DNA from: Raillietiella orientalis
Taxonomy: Eukaryota
Reading direction: 5' to 3'
NCBI GenBank assembly: GCA_036172245.1
Contig: JAYWIR010000016.1
Span: 1,674,001 to 1,738,000, forward strand
DNA: 64,000 nucleotides
A model generated the notes under the pieces. It had not been told where the DNA came from, did no database searches, and saw only the letters and a program-made list of their open reading frames with translations. The translations under genes were made by a program, and so were the position numbers. Below, in pieces: positions 13,040-26,879 of the stretch (positions are counted from its first letter, which is position 1; the number at the start of each line of letters is the position of its first letter).

Positions 13040-14300
13040 GCAGTCCTTGAGGACGGTTTCAGAGCAGGCGCGCACGAGCCCTTGCGTTCCGAGTGGTGTC
13101 TCTTAGGCACGGAAAAGGCATGGGTGCTATGCTTGGGCCTGACACACGCGAACCGGAGGCGCAAATCTCCTTAGTCCCATTAGGAGAGCCCCTCATCTCC
13201 TCTTCGTCGTCTCGGTCTCTGCGCAAGGGAAACCCAGTCACGAAACGCTTCGAACAGATGGTGCGCAGATGATACCGCTGCACTCCAATTTTCCTTCCCT
13301 GAAATTCTCCGGAACGGCTGCTCTTCTTGAAGCTTCGCTGTTAACCAGCCACCTCCTTTTCGAAGATCGGAGGAGGGAGCTCCGAGCGGGATGCAGAAAG
13401 CTGTCGTCACCCAGCGACGATCGAATCCTTCGTCGGATGTTCCGGAACTCTTTCTTGGGAGTGCAAGCTCCGTGAGCAAGCAAACAGGAGCAAAAGGAGC
13501 ACGCAGAAGAACTCCAGGCTCTTCACAGAGATCCGCATCAGTTCTATGGATCTCGGAAAAGATTATTGTCTGTCACGCCGACAGGGGGGAGTTTCAGGAT
13601 TCGCGTCCTCCTCCATCCCTCCCTCGCTTCACGGAAAGGAGCGAAATTCGATTCATGGATCGGCGTACTCTGGGGTGCGCCCGAATTCGGAGTCTGGAAG
13701 AAGCCGTGCAACCAGTTGTTTGCCATCTCCGCTGCCTGCGCTCCATGAAACCCGCATCCGAAATGGATCACGATGTTTCGAAAGGCCTCGAGTTGAAGCA
13801 CCCTAAGGGAAGTTCCGATCCTTGCAGAGAAACCATCCTGAAAGGGAAATCCAGGATGCTCTAGAAGAGTGTCACGAGTAGGCACAAGCTGGACTCCAGT
13901 TCTCGAGTCTGACAAGGATGAAGACAAACGGCGCTCGCCTGCTGACGGAGCAGGTCAACTTCAGAAGGATCATTCCAGTGTGCTCGCGACTTGGTAGATC
14001 GGACATCAGCCGGAGGAAGCAAGATGTTCCTCGAAATCCCAGTCATTCTCAGTGATTCAGATCTCTGTCCGATGCCGATTCCAAGGCGAGCCTTTTTTAG
14101 CTTCCCCACACTGCCTCCCGATTACTGGAGAAGAACGGACCTCAGCAAAGGTCCTATCTGGCATCAAAGCTCATGGAAAGAGACTCAGGGGATCCTGGAT
14201 CAGCAGACAAGTGACATCCTGTGTGGCATCGTCCGGACGTCCTGAACTGTTGAGGGATGGGAATCGCATTATCGTACTAAATGCATGCCATCCATGAGGA
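13040..14300 (-). mobile_element. Decayed LINE ORF1 / apurinic endonuclease fragments
   Basis: RAHWN...AVCLH..QT (cf. WN...ICLQET); VRVSGPSIAPMPFPC (cf. VRPY.P.PMRCF.C). Confidence 0.45.
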
Positions 14301-15425
14301 AGCATACCAGCAGCGTTCAAGAAGGTCCAAGAAAGAAAAGGAGGAAAGTGCGGAGTTGGTACGTTCTCCCTTCCACTCTAGTGGACTCGAGCTAGGGTTC
14401 GCGAGTTCATCGCGGCGATGTAGATGGAAATTTCGAGAACAGCTTGCGAAGCAGGTCTCTCATTGAGTGAACGGAGGGACTGCATAGAATAAACGGGGTG
14501 AGATCTTTACCATCTTCATCACCTTCATGTTCTGTAGCTAGTTTTGTCCGTGTGGGCTTGTGGCATCATTTCCAAGAATCTGCCGCCCGCATCCTCACCT
14601 GTCGGTATCAGTTATTCCTTGGCGTTCATGGTGTCGTTCACTATCCAACACGTCTGGGTCTATGGACGCTCGGACTTTGACACCTTTTAACGACCGCACA
14701 CAAACCCAGTTCGTCAGAGGAAGACCGTCAATGCTGCAACTCGAGTGGCGAAGCTCGGCGCAGCGGTGAGAACTCGCGATGCCCAACGATGGGAGTCCAA
14801 CAAGGTCCTTTTCCCCTTGTTACTTGTGAACTTCTATTTTTCTCCATTTTTTGCACATGGAGGCCGCACACCCTTCGGAAGCAGGCGCGGAAGACTCTTC
14901 AGCAGCACCTTCGTGTTCCCGTCGCAACTGCGGTCTCGGAGAGCGTTACTTCCTCGAGACGATCAGCTCGGCCTTGCCAAATGTGATGTACTGTCTTCCG
15001 ATGATCTTCCGGATCCTGGAAAATGCAAGGGTGGCTTTCAGCAAGTGAATCTCAAAGGTACTTTCGAACTGCAGGTGAGGGGAGATGGAGGAGGTTCACC
15101 TCGTCGAGGAACGTCCCTTCTCTGGTGCACTTGTCGCGGACTAGGCAGCAGAATGGATAGAGGAATCGGTGGTTTCCCCATGTAAAGAACACTCATTTAA
15201 AGAGACCTGGAAACTTGGCGAGGGAGAATAAACTTCTGTCGTGTCACCATCACAGATGCACTATTTCTCATCAAGAGGTCTTCGAGGGTCTCGTAAAGAA
15301 GGGATCCCACTGTCCCAAGTTCCTATTCTCTCCGATCCTTTATACATGCAAACTCGCTGCGGAGGATGCGACATCACTTGGCGAATCCAGCTGCAGCCAC
15401 AGCTTCCATTTTGAATCCGAGAACT

Positions 15426-16786
15426 GCATCCTGCTTCTTAGACACGCACAAATTGCGTCACCCGAGAAAGCCAAGGAAGCAATAAATCCCATTATACTTT
15501 CCTGAGGCGTGTGCGTCGTTATTGGCAAGAATGATCCTGAGGAACGACCAAATAAGAAAATGCCATCAAGTGAGGAAGGCGGAACGTGTGCATCTCGGGA
15601 CTCGAAAATCCTCTCTGTTGCGGGGGTGCTGCACATCTCTCAGTACTGCGAAGGTTTGAAGGCTTCTCCATGGCGAGCAGCAGTTCTTGCGAAAGTTCGA
15701 AGCCAATTTCCAAGGTTATTTGCTAACTTGCTCAGCTGATCCAGCTTCCAAGGATTCCATTTGAAGCTGAGGACTCGGTAGTCAGCTAAACTTCCGAGGC
15801 GTGAGAGAATTACCGTAGATGGATGGCTGATTTCAGGAAAGGAGACAGTGTGCAAGAAGATGGCATAGCGTTCGGGGTGAGGAACGATCCTTTGTTCGGA
15901 ATTCACCTTTCTGCGGAAGCCACGTCTCCAAGGTTTCCAAGGCAAATCGTCGGAGTAATGACATCGCGTTGGTGAAATCCATTCATGCGCTTAAATACTG
16001 CGGACTTGCTAGGAGCCACGATGCAAAAGCAGAGACAGCATGGCGGAGTCTCTCTGAAAATTCTTCAAGTCGAAATGGCCGTGCGGGGCGCAACGGTTTG
16101 GGAAAGAGAGACGACCCTGTTCCGAAAAGTCGTCTCGTATGAGAGTGCGCGCACCGAGAGTCTCTTCGGAGGAGCAAGCGGACGCGTTCCCTTCCTGAGG
16201 CGCCTGAAAACGGTCTTTCAGGTGACTCCAGACTGCACGTCTCTCGACGCGGGTGCAACTCGCTTTCGGAAAAGAACGGAAGCTTCTCAGAGGTAGGTGA
16301 GAGGCGAGGAACCGAACGAGGGACCATGGAAGGTCCTCCTGGTCGTTAAAGAATCGAGAATAATCGCAAGAAGAATCATCAAAACGTTGATGAATTTCGT
16401 AAATCCGTGGGTTTGCAGCAACTCCAAGCGAAATGAAGGCCTCCACCCAACCAAAACGTTCGCTCTTCCCAAACACAACCATTCATCCTTTGAAGGCACT
16501 AAGCAGCATAAGAGATGAACTGGACAGGAAGAGTGGGAAGAGAGGGATCCAGTAGAGGAGCGATTGTGAAAGATGGAATACTCCTTCTAGAATAGCAGTA
16601 TGAGGCTTTCTGTCAGTGCATGCATGGAGGAATCGCATCCCGCTTCCCAGACGCGCAGAAATTACGATACTCAAGAAAAATAGGGAAGTAAAAAATTCCA
16701 TTTGTTCTTTCTTGACGTGTGTGGGTCGTTTTTAGCAGGAATGATCCTGAGAAACAACCAAATAAGAAAATGCCATCAAGTGAGGA
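15426..16786 (+). repeat. Diverged ~150-bp direct repeats (15426-15576 and 16635-16786) flanking decayed TE sequence
   Basis: Identical 30-bp core accaaataagaaaatgccatcaagtgagga at 15547-15576 and 16757-16786 with partial identity upstream. Confidence 0.85.
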
Positions 16787-17229
16787 GGAAAGAATGGCAA
16801 ACAGATCCGAGAATCAAGCGAATCTAACTGAATCGAACGAGTGCTTCCAACAAGGAAGCAGGAAACCATAGGCAACGCTTCCGTCTCAAGTTGACTCTTG
16901 GTCGATCACAGCATGGCGCTGCACATTCACTGTACTTACATCTGAAAGAATTATGCAGGGAAATACACGCCAACCTAGTACACTGCACCTGATGTGAGAG
17001 TACACAGATCTGCTTAAATATGTACAAGCATCCGTGCGCGGGAGGAAGGATCTAGCTTCACTTTCCGATCTTCCCTCTGAAAAAGTTCCTGGGAGCTGCT
17101 TTGGGCTGGGAATCACGAGAACCGAGTGGAATGGAGAAACCCCCCACACTGGGGGGATCCCTCCGATTCGTTCAGATGGAGAAGGTGAGTAAGCCACCTC
17201 TCCAGATGTTGTTAGAAGAGAGGACCCCC

Positions 17230-17645
17230 CATTCCAGGGGGGACCCTCCGAGTCGTACTTATGGAGTCGGTATGCTGCCACCTCTCCAGAGAGTGCAAGG
17301 AAGCGAGAGCGATCGATCCCTTAGGGGAAGCAGCGCCCCTTCTGAATTTCGGTAGCGTCCCTTCGGGGTTCTCTTCAGAGGAGTAAACAGGAGAGGTTCC
17401 CTTGCGGGTTTCCTCCGGAGAAGAAACTCCTACTAGCGGATCCTTTCCGGTTTCCTTCGGAGGAGATGAAATGGAGAGGACCTCCCCCTCTCGGGGGTGT
17501 CTCTCCAGAGAGAATGAGGAAGGAGATTCCCTTAGAGGTTTTCCTTCGGAGACAATCAGGGTGGAGGAGTGATCTCTCCCTTTCCAAGGGGGATCCCTCC
17601 CCAGGAGTGAGAAGAATGGACTCCGAGCCCTTCCTGGATTCAGCT
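17230..17645 (-). repeat. Dispersed repeat with internal ~40-45-bp degenerate subrepeats; related copies at ~19195-19500 and ~36763-37230
   Basis: Recurring gggtt(t/c)cctt/ctcggag..gag..gagaggttccc units; direct alignment of 19195-19345 with 36763-36895 and 17230-17380 with 36935-37065. Confidence 0.7.
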
Positions 17646-17769
17646 TACTAACAGATGCTCGCTCCGGAAAAATGGAGGGGACAAAAAAATAAATAACAAC
17701 AACAACGGCAACAAGCGTTCTTGAAGAATACTGAGACCCTCCTTTTTTCCTCCATGCAGGCAAAGGAAA

Positions 17770-18134
17770 GGATTATTGGGGAATCCCCGGCGGGATGCAA
17801 GCAAGTTCCTTCTTATTTCGGCGTAGGTAGGGCCATCTTGTGGTCTTCCTCAAAAGGGAAAGGAAGATCAGGATGACGTTCTTGTTTCTCAGGCCTCTTC
17901 CGACGCATATTCCCGCCGTCCCGATTCTGCGGAGGCGGCACAAAACTGCGATCTCCTCAGCAGCGCTAAAGCCAGCAAGGGATAACCCCAGAGGCGTTTT
18001 AATACGCCACTGGGGTTGTCCCTTGATGAATTTAGGGCTGTAGCGAGGCGTTCCCACACATTCCGGAGAGAAACACAGTCGGTAGGTGCGGGAGGGATTT
18101 CTCTTTCACTGCAACCGGCACAGTCCTGGATCAC
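17770..18134 (-). mobile_element. L1/Tx1-like ORF2 C-terminus
   Basis: QDCAGCSEREIPPAPTDCVSLRNVWERL, a degenerate zf-RVT followed by VW; T-rich tail at ~17680-17715. Confidence 0.65.
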
Positions 18135-18149
18135 ATTTCCCTTAGTCCA

Positions 18150-18420
18150 GAGGTGAGATTCGAGAGAAGGAGGAAACGCCAGTGGTCAGTACTAGTTTGT
18201 CTCCTCCTGGAAGGAAGAGACACGCACAACATGAGCAGCTGGCGTCCAATCACCTTGGTGAACTCGGACGTCAGGCTACTTTCGAAAGTGTGGGTCTTGA
18301 GCCTAGAGCAGGTCGCGAACTTCGTCGTCTCCGTCCGGAGAAGTCCCCATGCTGTTCCCGGAGGAAGCAATCTGGGAAACAATCTATTCTTTGCACAAAC
18401 CTGGTTTCGGCTGCAGAACT
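18150..18420 (+). mobile_element. L1/Tx1-like reverse transcriptase N-terminal fragment
   Basis: SSWRPITLVNSDVRLLSKV...AVPGGSNLGN matches the WRPI(T/S)LLN.DYK...K...PGR.I..N consensus. Confidence 0.85.
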
Positions 18421-19599
18421 GGATCTCTGCCGAGTGCCGTAAGGCTAGAAGGACGCAGGAAAGTACCAGGACGACAGATCAGAAATCGAGGGAACCATAG
18501 AGGGTATTGGCAAAAGATGCAGAAGACGATGAAAAGGCGTTCACATGAGTGAACCCAGGCATCCCTAGGGGAGCTCCTACAACGCTTATGTCTCATGCAG
18601 GCTCTACTCCGTTACCTGCGTTCCCTTTGGTGCGATGCGATCATGAACATCTCTTCCAGAGGTCGGCACATGCATTTTCACCCGGTCACGCAGGAGCGCT
18701 CACAGCAAGCAATTTCCATTGCTTGTAATAAAACATTCATGTAACGTCTAGCTTCCGTAGCAGGCTTGAAATCCCTTCACATCCATACAGACTGAAGGCT
18801 GTGCTGCTCCCAAGCAGCTTGCCATAAGAGGAACGCACAGGGGAAAAAAGGAGGCTTGGGATAAATAGAAACAAAAAAAAAAAGTCAAAAATGTCATTAA
18901 AAAAAGCCTCCAAAAGATGAGGAGGGGAGGAGGGAAGCAAAGGAAGAGATCACCGAGACCACCCTGGCTTCCTCTCATCCTCTGCAGCATAGCGGCAAGT
19001 TTCTCCCTATGCCGATTGAGATCCAGCCATCTCGTGGTGGCCCTCAAAGAGGAAGTCAACATCGGCCATCTCGTGATGCCAGCATTGACGGCCGTGTGGC
19101 TGTGGTCTCCGCGCGTGGCACCAAGAGTTGCAGGTTCAAACGCCGAGGTTGGGACGCGCGTCGTGAGTTCCGAGTTCTCCCCTGCAGGACAGCGCTGGTT
19201 GACCTATAGGCTTCGGGAAGGGCACTGATGGAATCCAGGAACCAGATGCTCCTGTCGACTGGCTGGGATCGGAGAGTTGACCCTCCAGGGCTCTTCCTGG
19301 ACATCAAGGAGCCGGTTCCCTTCGAAGTTTTCCTCTGGAGAAGAAACGAGAGGTTCGCTCTAGAAAGAATAAGGAAGATCTCTTCCGGGTTCCCTTCAGA
19401 GGCAACCAGGGTGGTGGGTTCTCTTCGAGGTTTCCTTACCAAGTCCGGAGCCTTCCTGGGTTCATAAGGTGGTCCCTCTGGGATCGTCCATCCTCCCTAA
19501 CCTGAAGAGTTACACGCACCCTCGAGTGGCATGGACTGTGTCAAAGAGCTTCGGGGGGCCGGTAGGGGAACGGTTTTCCAATATGCAGAGAACCAAGAA

Positions 19600-22280
19600 A
19601 AGAAAAAAAGGGTAACCATTAGGATGGCATCTCTGTTTCGTCTGGCCTCCACCACCATCGCAGCTCTTTGCCGCCGCCTAAGCAGCGCGGTGATGCGGGC
19701 GACAGTCCGCTGCGAATGAGACCTCTAGCACGTTCCTCATCTTGTCTCCTGGTGAGTAAAGGGATGCAGTTGATCCTTCCCCAACACTCTGGAGCGTGCC
19801 CTGTCGCACCGGCACTCTGTAAGGGACCAGTGCTGCGAGTGCTCCAGGCCTGGAAAGTTCGCATCTTCAAAGAAATGGCACCCAGCCATTTCTTTGAATT
19901 CGATGGTGGCACAAGGAAGAAATGCATGAAACCACCACCGAGGACGACCAGAGGAAGGTTTCTGCCTCCCCCAAAACAATGGGGATGGGAGCGGCCATCC
20001 GTCCTCACAGAGTCGCCTTCCGCTCAAGGGAGGCGATGGGGCGCTGTGGCTACTGCTCTCGCAGCGGTAGCCACAGCTGGAAATGAAGCCTTTTGGGATG
20101 AAGCGTTGAATCGCAGCCTCATCCACAAGGTAGGTGAGACCTATTCTCCTGAGACATCGTGCTCCTTTGCGGAGAAGCTGCGCGGGCTCAATGCTAGAAA
20201 AGGGAGAGCTCAAGGGGCGCTCCGCTCGAAGTGGGGGACAGCTCGTGGAGCTGAGCTGCAAAGATGCCTTGCTCAAGGGCTGTCGAGAACCCCTACTGAA
20301 ATGGAGGGGTGGAGGGGAACGCAAGCTCTTGCCCGTGACAGTGGACCGCTCCTAAGCAGAACCACTATTCTCGTGGCAAAAGACTCCGTGCGGACCGAAC
20401 TGGATAAACGTGGCACCGCGCACGCTCTGTGGGCAAAGTCCAGCGCCTTTGAAGGTTATGACGGCGTTTTTAGTGGCTCTTTCAGCCCAGAGCGGATAAC
20501 GGGTCCATTAGGGCTGTGGGGTTGCCCCACAAACTACAGGTTGGCGAGGGATCCAGTGGCGGAGGGGCTCGGTGCACGGGACAGTCCAATGCAGCAGTCG
20601 CAACGCCGAGTTCTGCCGCTTCGTGGGAGAACGCCCCAGGGATCCTAACGTCTTCCAAGGGGATTTCGAAGAGATCTTTTAAGCGGAAAAGTCCCTTTGG
20701 GGTGAGAAGCGAGGAATGAAGCGTCAGCAAGTTGACGCGCCGTCCAGCATCCCAGTAATTTTTTTTCCCTCCTGCGATTTCGCGGGACACCTCCCAGCTT
20801 GCCTGGTCGCCGTCCTGTCCTTCTGTAGGAGGCGGTACTTTGCATCTGCCTCTTCTTGGTGGAACTTTCCAGCATCTCCGGCAACGAGCATGGAGCGTAC
20901 TCGGGGAGCATCGCAGACTCCGCAGTCACTCCGGACTCGTGCCGCAGATTTTGACCTGCATCTGAACCGCTTCCGGCTTCCATACGCTGCAGCCCGTGCG
21001 CGATCCGATTCGACCATGGTCCTGCGCCAAGGCAACCGTCTACCAAAGCTGATACCCGCTTCAGGTGCTGGAATCATCGGGAATGCAGGAAATGGAGTCG
21101 TTTCCTGTGTTCCTGGTGAGGTAATCACTTATGTTCACGAGAAAAGGAGGAAAGGTCGCCCCATAGACGAAAGGAAAGCATCTTGGCACAACACAGCCCT
21201 TCTTCTGCAAGAAGCAAATCCTCCAGAAATCAATCTCGGAAAGCAAACATCTACTTTGTCTTCCTACACTTCCCTCTTTCCATCCTTTTCTTTTCCCCAT
21301 TAAGTACCCATGGAAACTGTTGATTCTTGAAAGCATGGAGGTGGTTGCGTCATGGAGACAAGGGAACCTTTCATTCGGATCTCTTTTTCTGCAAATAGCC
21401 ACGGATAAAAGAGCGATCCAGCTGCTGTCGGTTTCCTGCCTCCCCATGTCTGTCAGGCACAGCGTGAAAATCGACGGAAGATGCTGCAAAAACAAATGAT
21501 CTTCGAAGGAAATTCTGGACAAGCTCATTGGAAAGGCAGCGGCACGACCACGCGAGCAAAGTGCAAGTGCCCTCGTGGCTCCACCAACGTAGGCAGCGGA
21601 ATGATCTTCGGTCTCTAAAGAGCAAGAAAAGATTCCAGCCTGTCATGGGTTTAGAAACCGGCAGAAGACGAATGCTGGGAGCAGACGAAGCTACCACGGT
21701 GTAGACCTACGTCAGGGTCCACGGACCGTGGAAGCCCGGTGGAATCTTTCCTGGGTCTGGAGTCTGCGGGTCACGAAAGTAATCCCTTCTTGATGAGCCC
21801 ATCGTTCATGTGGGTGTAGAAAAATGCTACCAGGAAAGGACGAAGGTTTTTCGGCGTGTGTGTGTGTTACCGTCGCCTTGGTTTCTGCATGGACGGGCGT
21901 CTCTCCTACGGTCTCATCAGTTCCGCAAACTCCCTCTCGGAGTCGTGCGTCACTCGAACAGCGCGCCACTTCAAAAACGAATTCCTGAAACCGACCGAGC
22001 ACGCTGCTGACGAATAAGTACCAATTTGTTCATCCCAGAAGACTCCTCCGTCCGCTCTCTCCTCAGAGCACGAATGTCCCGGAGAAGTCGATGGAATCCG
22101 GAGTTGGCGTTCCCGCTCCAACATTCGGATGCTGAAGATTCTTCGCCCGTCCTTCGCCTTCCCGATGGGAACGACATCGGGCTCTAATGATTCCAAAGAA
22201 CCCCATTGATGCACACTCCGGCTAGCCTCGAGCCAATTTGCATGATTAATTGCACTTAGAAGCGCATCTCCAGCGTTCAC
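19600..22280 (-). mobile_element. Deleted, frameshifted L1/Tx1-like ORF2 (endonuclease to RT to zinc finger)
   Basis: In order on the minus strand: LEPDVV (endonuclease), SWIALLSVAICRK (cf. WRPIALLNVDYK), KGCVVPRCFP (cf. RQGCPLS), GCHFF...EHSQHWSLTEC (zinc finger), T-rich tail. Confidence 0.65.
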
Positions 22281-22829
22281 TTCAGCGTGGAGCTATAATT
22301 CCCTGCTTTAAGAGCGGACTTCAATTATTCATGAGCGAGAGTTTGAGATTTCGCAGGATCTTTGAAATGAAATCCCGTGCTGCTGCTGCTACGCAAGTAA
22401 GTATTCCTTCTGCGGAGATGCTGTGCTCTCTCGCGCCTTCGTGCCACCTCCCAGCCACCGGAGCCTTCTGATTTTTCTTTCCGTTCGCCGACGTTCCGGT
22501 CGAAATCGATTGCAGCTTCCGCAGTCACTGAGTAGGCAATTAGCAGCGCACTTCTGATTTATCAAATGCTTCATAAGGAGGCTGCCTGCGTCCTTGGAGG
22601 GAAATTGTTCTCTTCTTACTGCGCTTTAATGACTTTCTTTGTGTATACTGGGAACCTGCCTCGGGGGGCGCGCTTTGAGCTCCGTCCCCACTTCCTTTTC
22701 GCGTGACGCACTCCGAGGTGATGCGTTGGACGGTGGGGTCGGAAATGCAAAAATAGGCTCGCGAAGGCTGAAGGAAGAAGCTGATGGTGAAGTTTCCCAC
22801 AGTGTATCTTTGGAAGGACGTCATGTTTA

Positions 22830-23330
22830 GGAGGAGGAAGGGGTGGGGCGGAGAGAGAGGTCGGGAATGAGGTGGTAGGTCAGAAATTCAGGTTGGTTCG
22901 GGACGAGGAGCAACGTAAATGTGCTGATGGGTCTCCAGGAAGGTGGAGATAAAGCACTAGAGTGCACGTGATGTAGGAGTTGGGCTGTTGTTGGTGTTGT
23001 GTTTCGATGCAATGAGGAATATAAAGTTCCTTTGGCATGGGATGCAACTCATGGAAACAGTGATTCCTGTCATTAGGCAAGGAGCCGGAAGGATTGCTAC
23101 GATACATCTGTATTTATTGACTCTGTGGCATTTTTTTTTCGCTGTTGCCTTTCGTAGGGCTTGTGATGATTGGACGGCGGGTAGAAGAGTTGCCCTGAGC
23201 TGGAAGACCATGCGTGGAATGACCGCGCGTTGCGAGGCACGGCGCCAAAAATCGGGTTGTGAGGATTTCAATGGATGCTCGCAGAATTTTCGAGGTGAAA
23301 GATTATGGGAAATCAGCGGGGAGGGGGAGG
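22830..23330 (-). mobile_element. Decayed I-like ORF2 C-terminus
   Basis: SCIPCQ...ELYIPHCIE remnant of C..C...LT..HIL..C. Confidence 0.4.
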
Positions 23331-25479
23331 GGGGAAGTCATGGGTAAAAGAGCAATTGCTGGAGCTGCGATTCCTGGTCAGAGGGTAGGCGCTTCATGAA
23401 AGGAAACAGGATGAGAACCCCTTCGAGGCGGAACGAGGTGGACAATGGCTCGCAAAAGATTTTCCATAGCACGTGTGTTAATTTGTCGTTTTCCATTATT
23501 ATGTACGTACGCGTGCAATGCAAAATGGAGATGTCACGAAGAGAGATGGAAGTTTTGAGATGGTGTGGAAGCTGGCTGGAATTTAAGGTGCTTTGAGATG
23601 CTTTTATCTGATAGCAAACGCTTGGTGTTGTTTTCTTTTAGGAGGATCAAGAGTTGGTTCAGTGGGGACGTTTTGCTGACGACGAAGAAAATTTCCCGTC
23701 CGATGCAATGGAAGAAACCTATAAAATGTAAACGTGCGGAGTCTGCTAATAGCAAAATTTTTGTATCTGACGTCGGACATCGGACTGCAACGCGCATACT
23801 GCACGACTCTCAAGGAGGTGAAATGGGTAGGTGATGCTTAGGCATCGGATAGGAAAGCGCTTCTGGTTGATAACCACGGGGAGATTTCGCTCATCGTGTG
23901 CTTGCAGCTGGGTTGATGCAAAGCCTCCTCATTCATGAGGGACCTGCAAATTTATATGCAGCAACCATGAATGAATGAGTCGTTACTTGTAAAATAGAAA
24001 TGGATCCTTTGGTATGGACAGCGTGCAAGCAAGCGATGGGGAAGGAACGCTTACGGGATTCGGAACTCTACTAGGAACCACTGGGGGAGTTCTCTTAGTA
24101 ATCGATAAGACCCGGAGAACTTTCTTCCTTTGGCATACTCCTTTGCTCTGATTTGCATATCGTTACTCTGATTATTCAGCAGATGGTTTTCCCTGGGAGA
24201 TGTGACGAGAAGCTGCGATCAAGGTGGAGCTCAGGAAAGAATAACCGTTGACAGCATGGCAAGTTGGGATACGCCGATTTGATTTTTCCTTGAGATGGCG
24301 TTCGATTCGAACTTCATTTGCGAATGGGAGACTGCATCTTGGAATGATCACGTAGCACAAATCGCTCCGGCGTGAAGGCTGACGTGGGGGATCGCTATAG
24401 TGGATGCAATAGGTGGAAAGTGGAAGGGAGGGAGAGCTCTCCTTGAGGCAAGATGCTATGAATTCGCGTCCGAGTGGTTTCCCGCTCGGTCGGAGGGGGG
24501 AAGGGGGGACCGGCGCCTGCCCTCGCAAAAACTGCCAGAAGAAATCTCTAAACAGTCAGAAAGAGATGGCAGTTTTTCCAGCTGTGGTTTCTCGAGAATG
24601 GATTCCCAGAATCCACCGTAGCTTAGTCATCATCTTCAGTGTGCTAGAAGCCTCTCGGATTTGTTCTTCGATCCTTTCTTTGATTTTGATGTCCCTTTGG
24701 TACCGATCTTCGCCTGTTCCAGACAGGTCTTGATTTTGCAGCCTCCCACGGCAGACTGAGCTAACTGAACTCCTAAGTCTGCATTCTCACTTTTTCCATG
24801 ACTAAATTTCCGCGGTGACTCTGTGCACCAGAAAACTTCCCACCGGGAGCGCATCTCCCGTTCGCAGAGCAGCAGACGCCGATTTCACAGGCGTTTCAGT
24901 GTTTGTGCGGACATCACGTGCTAATGAATTCTGAAGAGTAGGAGCACCCAGGAAACAAGATGCAAAAGTACCGCTCGGGCGGCTTTCGGCGGTCCTTCGC
25001 CTTTCGATGGAAGGCCATTGCTTTTCCCTTTATCCTTGCTTTCCCTCCTGATTCCACCACATCTCTCCGGTACGTGGAACAACGGCGCCTCTGCAAGGGT
25101 GCATTCGTCAATTACGACCAGATTCGTTTGCAGGGCTCCCAAGGGCGAACATCCCAAGATATCCCCGTGATTCCTGGCTCCCGTGGCGGAGACCGCTGTT
25201 GAAAAAACCCTACCGGAAACGGGCCGGTGTTTTTTCGACCATACCTTGGAGAGAGCTTTTCAGCCGAGATCACAGATGGCTGTTGGCTAACGAGGTGAGG
25301 CTTTAGAGACCACTTTGGTTTTCCTCTGCGCTAAAGGCGCAGGAGAATCCTGGTGTTTGCAGCTCCAGAAAGGTCACCAAAGGTGATATAGCGGTCGTCT
25401 GAGCTCGCAAAGAAAACTTTCGTGTTTACTCTTACGAAATCGCCCCGAGCGACGATTCCTGCTGCAGCGTTTCCCTCCG

Positions 25480-26780
25480 TTGAATGATTTCTACCAGAAA
25501 ACTTGCTCTGTGGATTTCTCCTTCGTTTTGCCGCATCCAGGCATCCGGGTTATCCCTCGCTCCCCCAAGCAAACGGAAGATCGGAGGCGAGTGGCTCTAG
25601 GAAGAGGAACAGGGGAATGGAAAAGATAGATTGGAAGGCAGTGATCTGGAGCAGGCATCGTTCCATGGTGGAAGGTGAAAGGTTGCGTGCAAGTGGAATG
25701 CAGCTAAAGAACGACAAAGACTTCCACCAGCTTCCAGCATCAGCATTTCCCCTATCTGGAAACCAAGGAAAAGTCCTAAGCAACCACGAAAACCAAGGTA
25801 AGCTTACTGCTCGCAACGAAAGCTTAATGGGAACGAAGGTGTGCGCAAATCCCCCCCCCTCCCGGAGCTTCATAAGAAGAGAGCCTCTGTGAGGAAAACT
25901 CAGAGTAAGAAATTGCATTCCCTCTGAACAGGGCTTCCCGGCTCGTGGTTCTTTGCACCCGTGAATTACCCCACACCACCACCACCCACCCGACCACCCG
26001 ACGAGATGCTCCTTTGGAAGAGAGCCTTTGGAAATTCTTCTAAATCCGTTTCCAGATTCAGTGATTGAGCAGCGAGAGAATTACTCTGCACGTGAGCGCG
26101 AGTTGAATGGGAGGAAGAGGGCTCCGAAGAGGGCGGGAGAACGAAAAGTAGGTCTTGGGATCGAGGAGCAAGTTCATGATGGAGAACGTGCCGGGTTTCT
26201 CTATGGAGCAGCCAAGCATTCCTGGTACTGACGATAAAGAGGAAACGTCCTCGTATTCTTGCCACCTACGAATGCAGCAAGGGTGACCCTGAGGGCAGGA
26301 GAAATCTCACATGATGCTGACGTGAAAATTGCCGCCAAAGAATGGTGCTACGAACACCGAAGTTCTTCTACGAAGCCTCACGTTCCCTTGATCACTTGTG
26401 CATCCTTGCTGGACCTTCTCAGTTGCAGGCCTTTAGTATTCTAAAATCGCAAAAAAGATGATTCTACGACTGGATGAGAGATGCGAAGAGTCTTTTTCTT
26501 TGCCCAGGATTTACCAACACAATCAGATCAGGCTGGTCCATCGGGTGTACGGTACGTCGGGTACACAGGGAACCGGGACTCTTCTTCAAGAATCCCAAAG
26601 GATTTTGCTCTTCTCTTCTGGAAGCAGCTTCCAAAGTTGCCAAATTCGGTGGAGTAACAGACTGTCTCAGGCGCCTGGCGGTGGTCGCTCTGCGGGTGTC
26701 CTTTCGGAGGACTCTCTTGGGTGAAAGAATCTTTCCATTCTCCCTTGAAGGATTTCCGGCCGTTTGCATGCTCTGCCACG
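25480..26780 (+). mobile_element. Decayed LINE linker/RT fragment
   Basis: EKIDWKA (cf. KKADW..F), KEW, SCRPL (cf. YRPI) and a GVPQG-like remnant in order. Confidence 0.45.
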
Positions 26781-26879
26781 AAGGCGGTAGCGCGAGGAGG
26801 CTCGTCTCTGGAACAGGCAAGGACGCACCATGCAGACCAGAACGTGTGCAACGAGTTGACTTCACACCCGGAAACGCCG

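Noticed and set aside
17979..18022. Imperfect hairpin gggataaccccag...ctggggttgtccc as a terminator or ncRNA
   Set aside because: Lies within LINE ORF2 coding remnant, seen once, no U-tract
19668..20648. 326-aa plus-strand ORF
   Set aside because: Antisense shadow of a decayed minus-strand LINE ORF2
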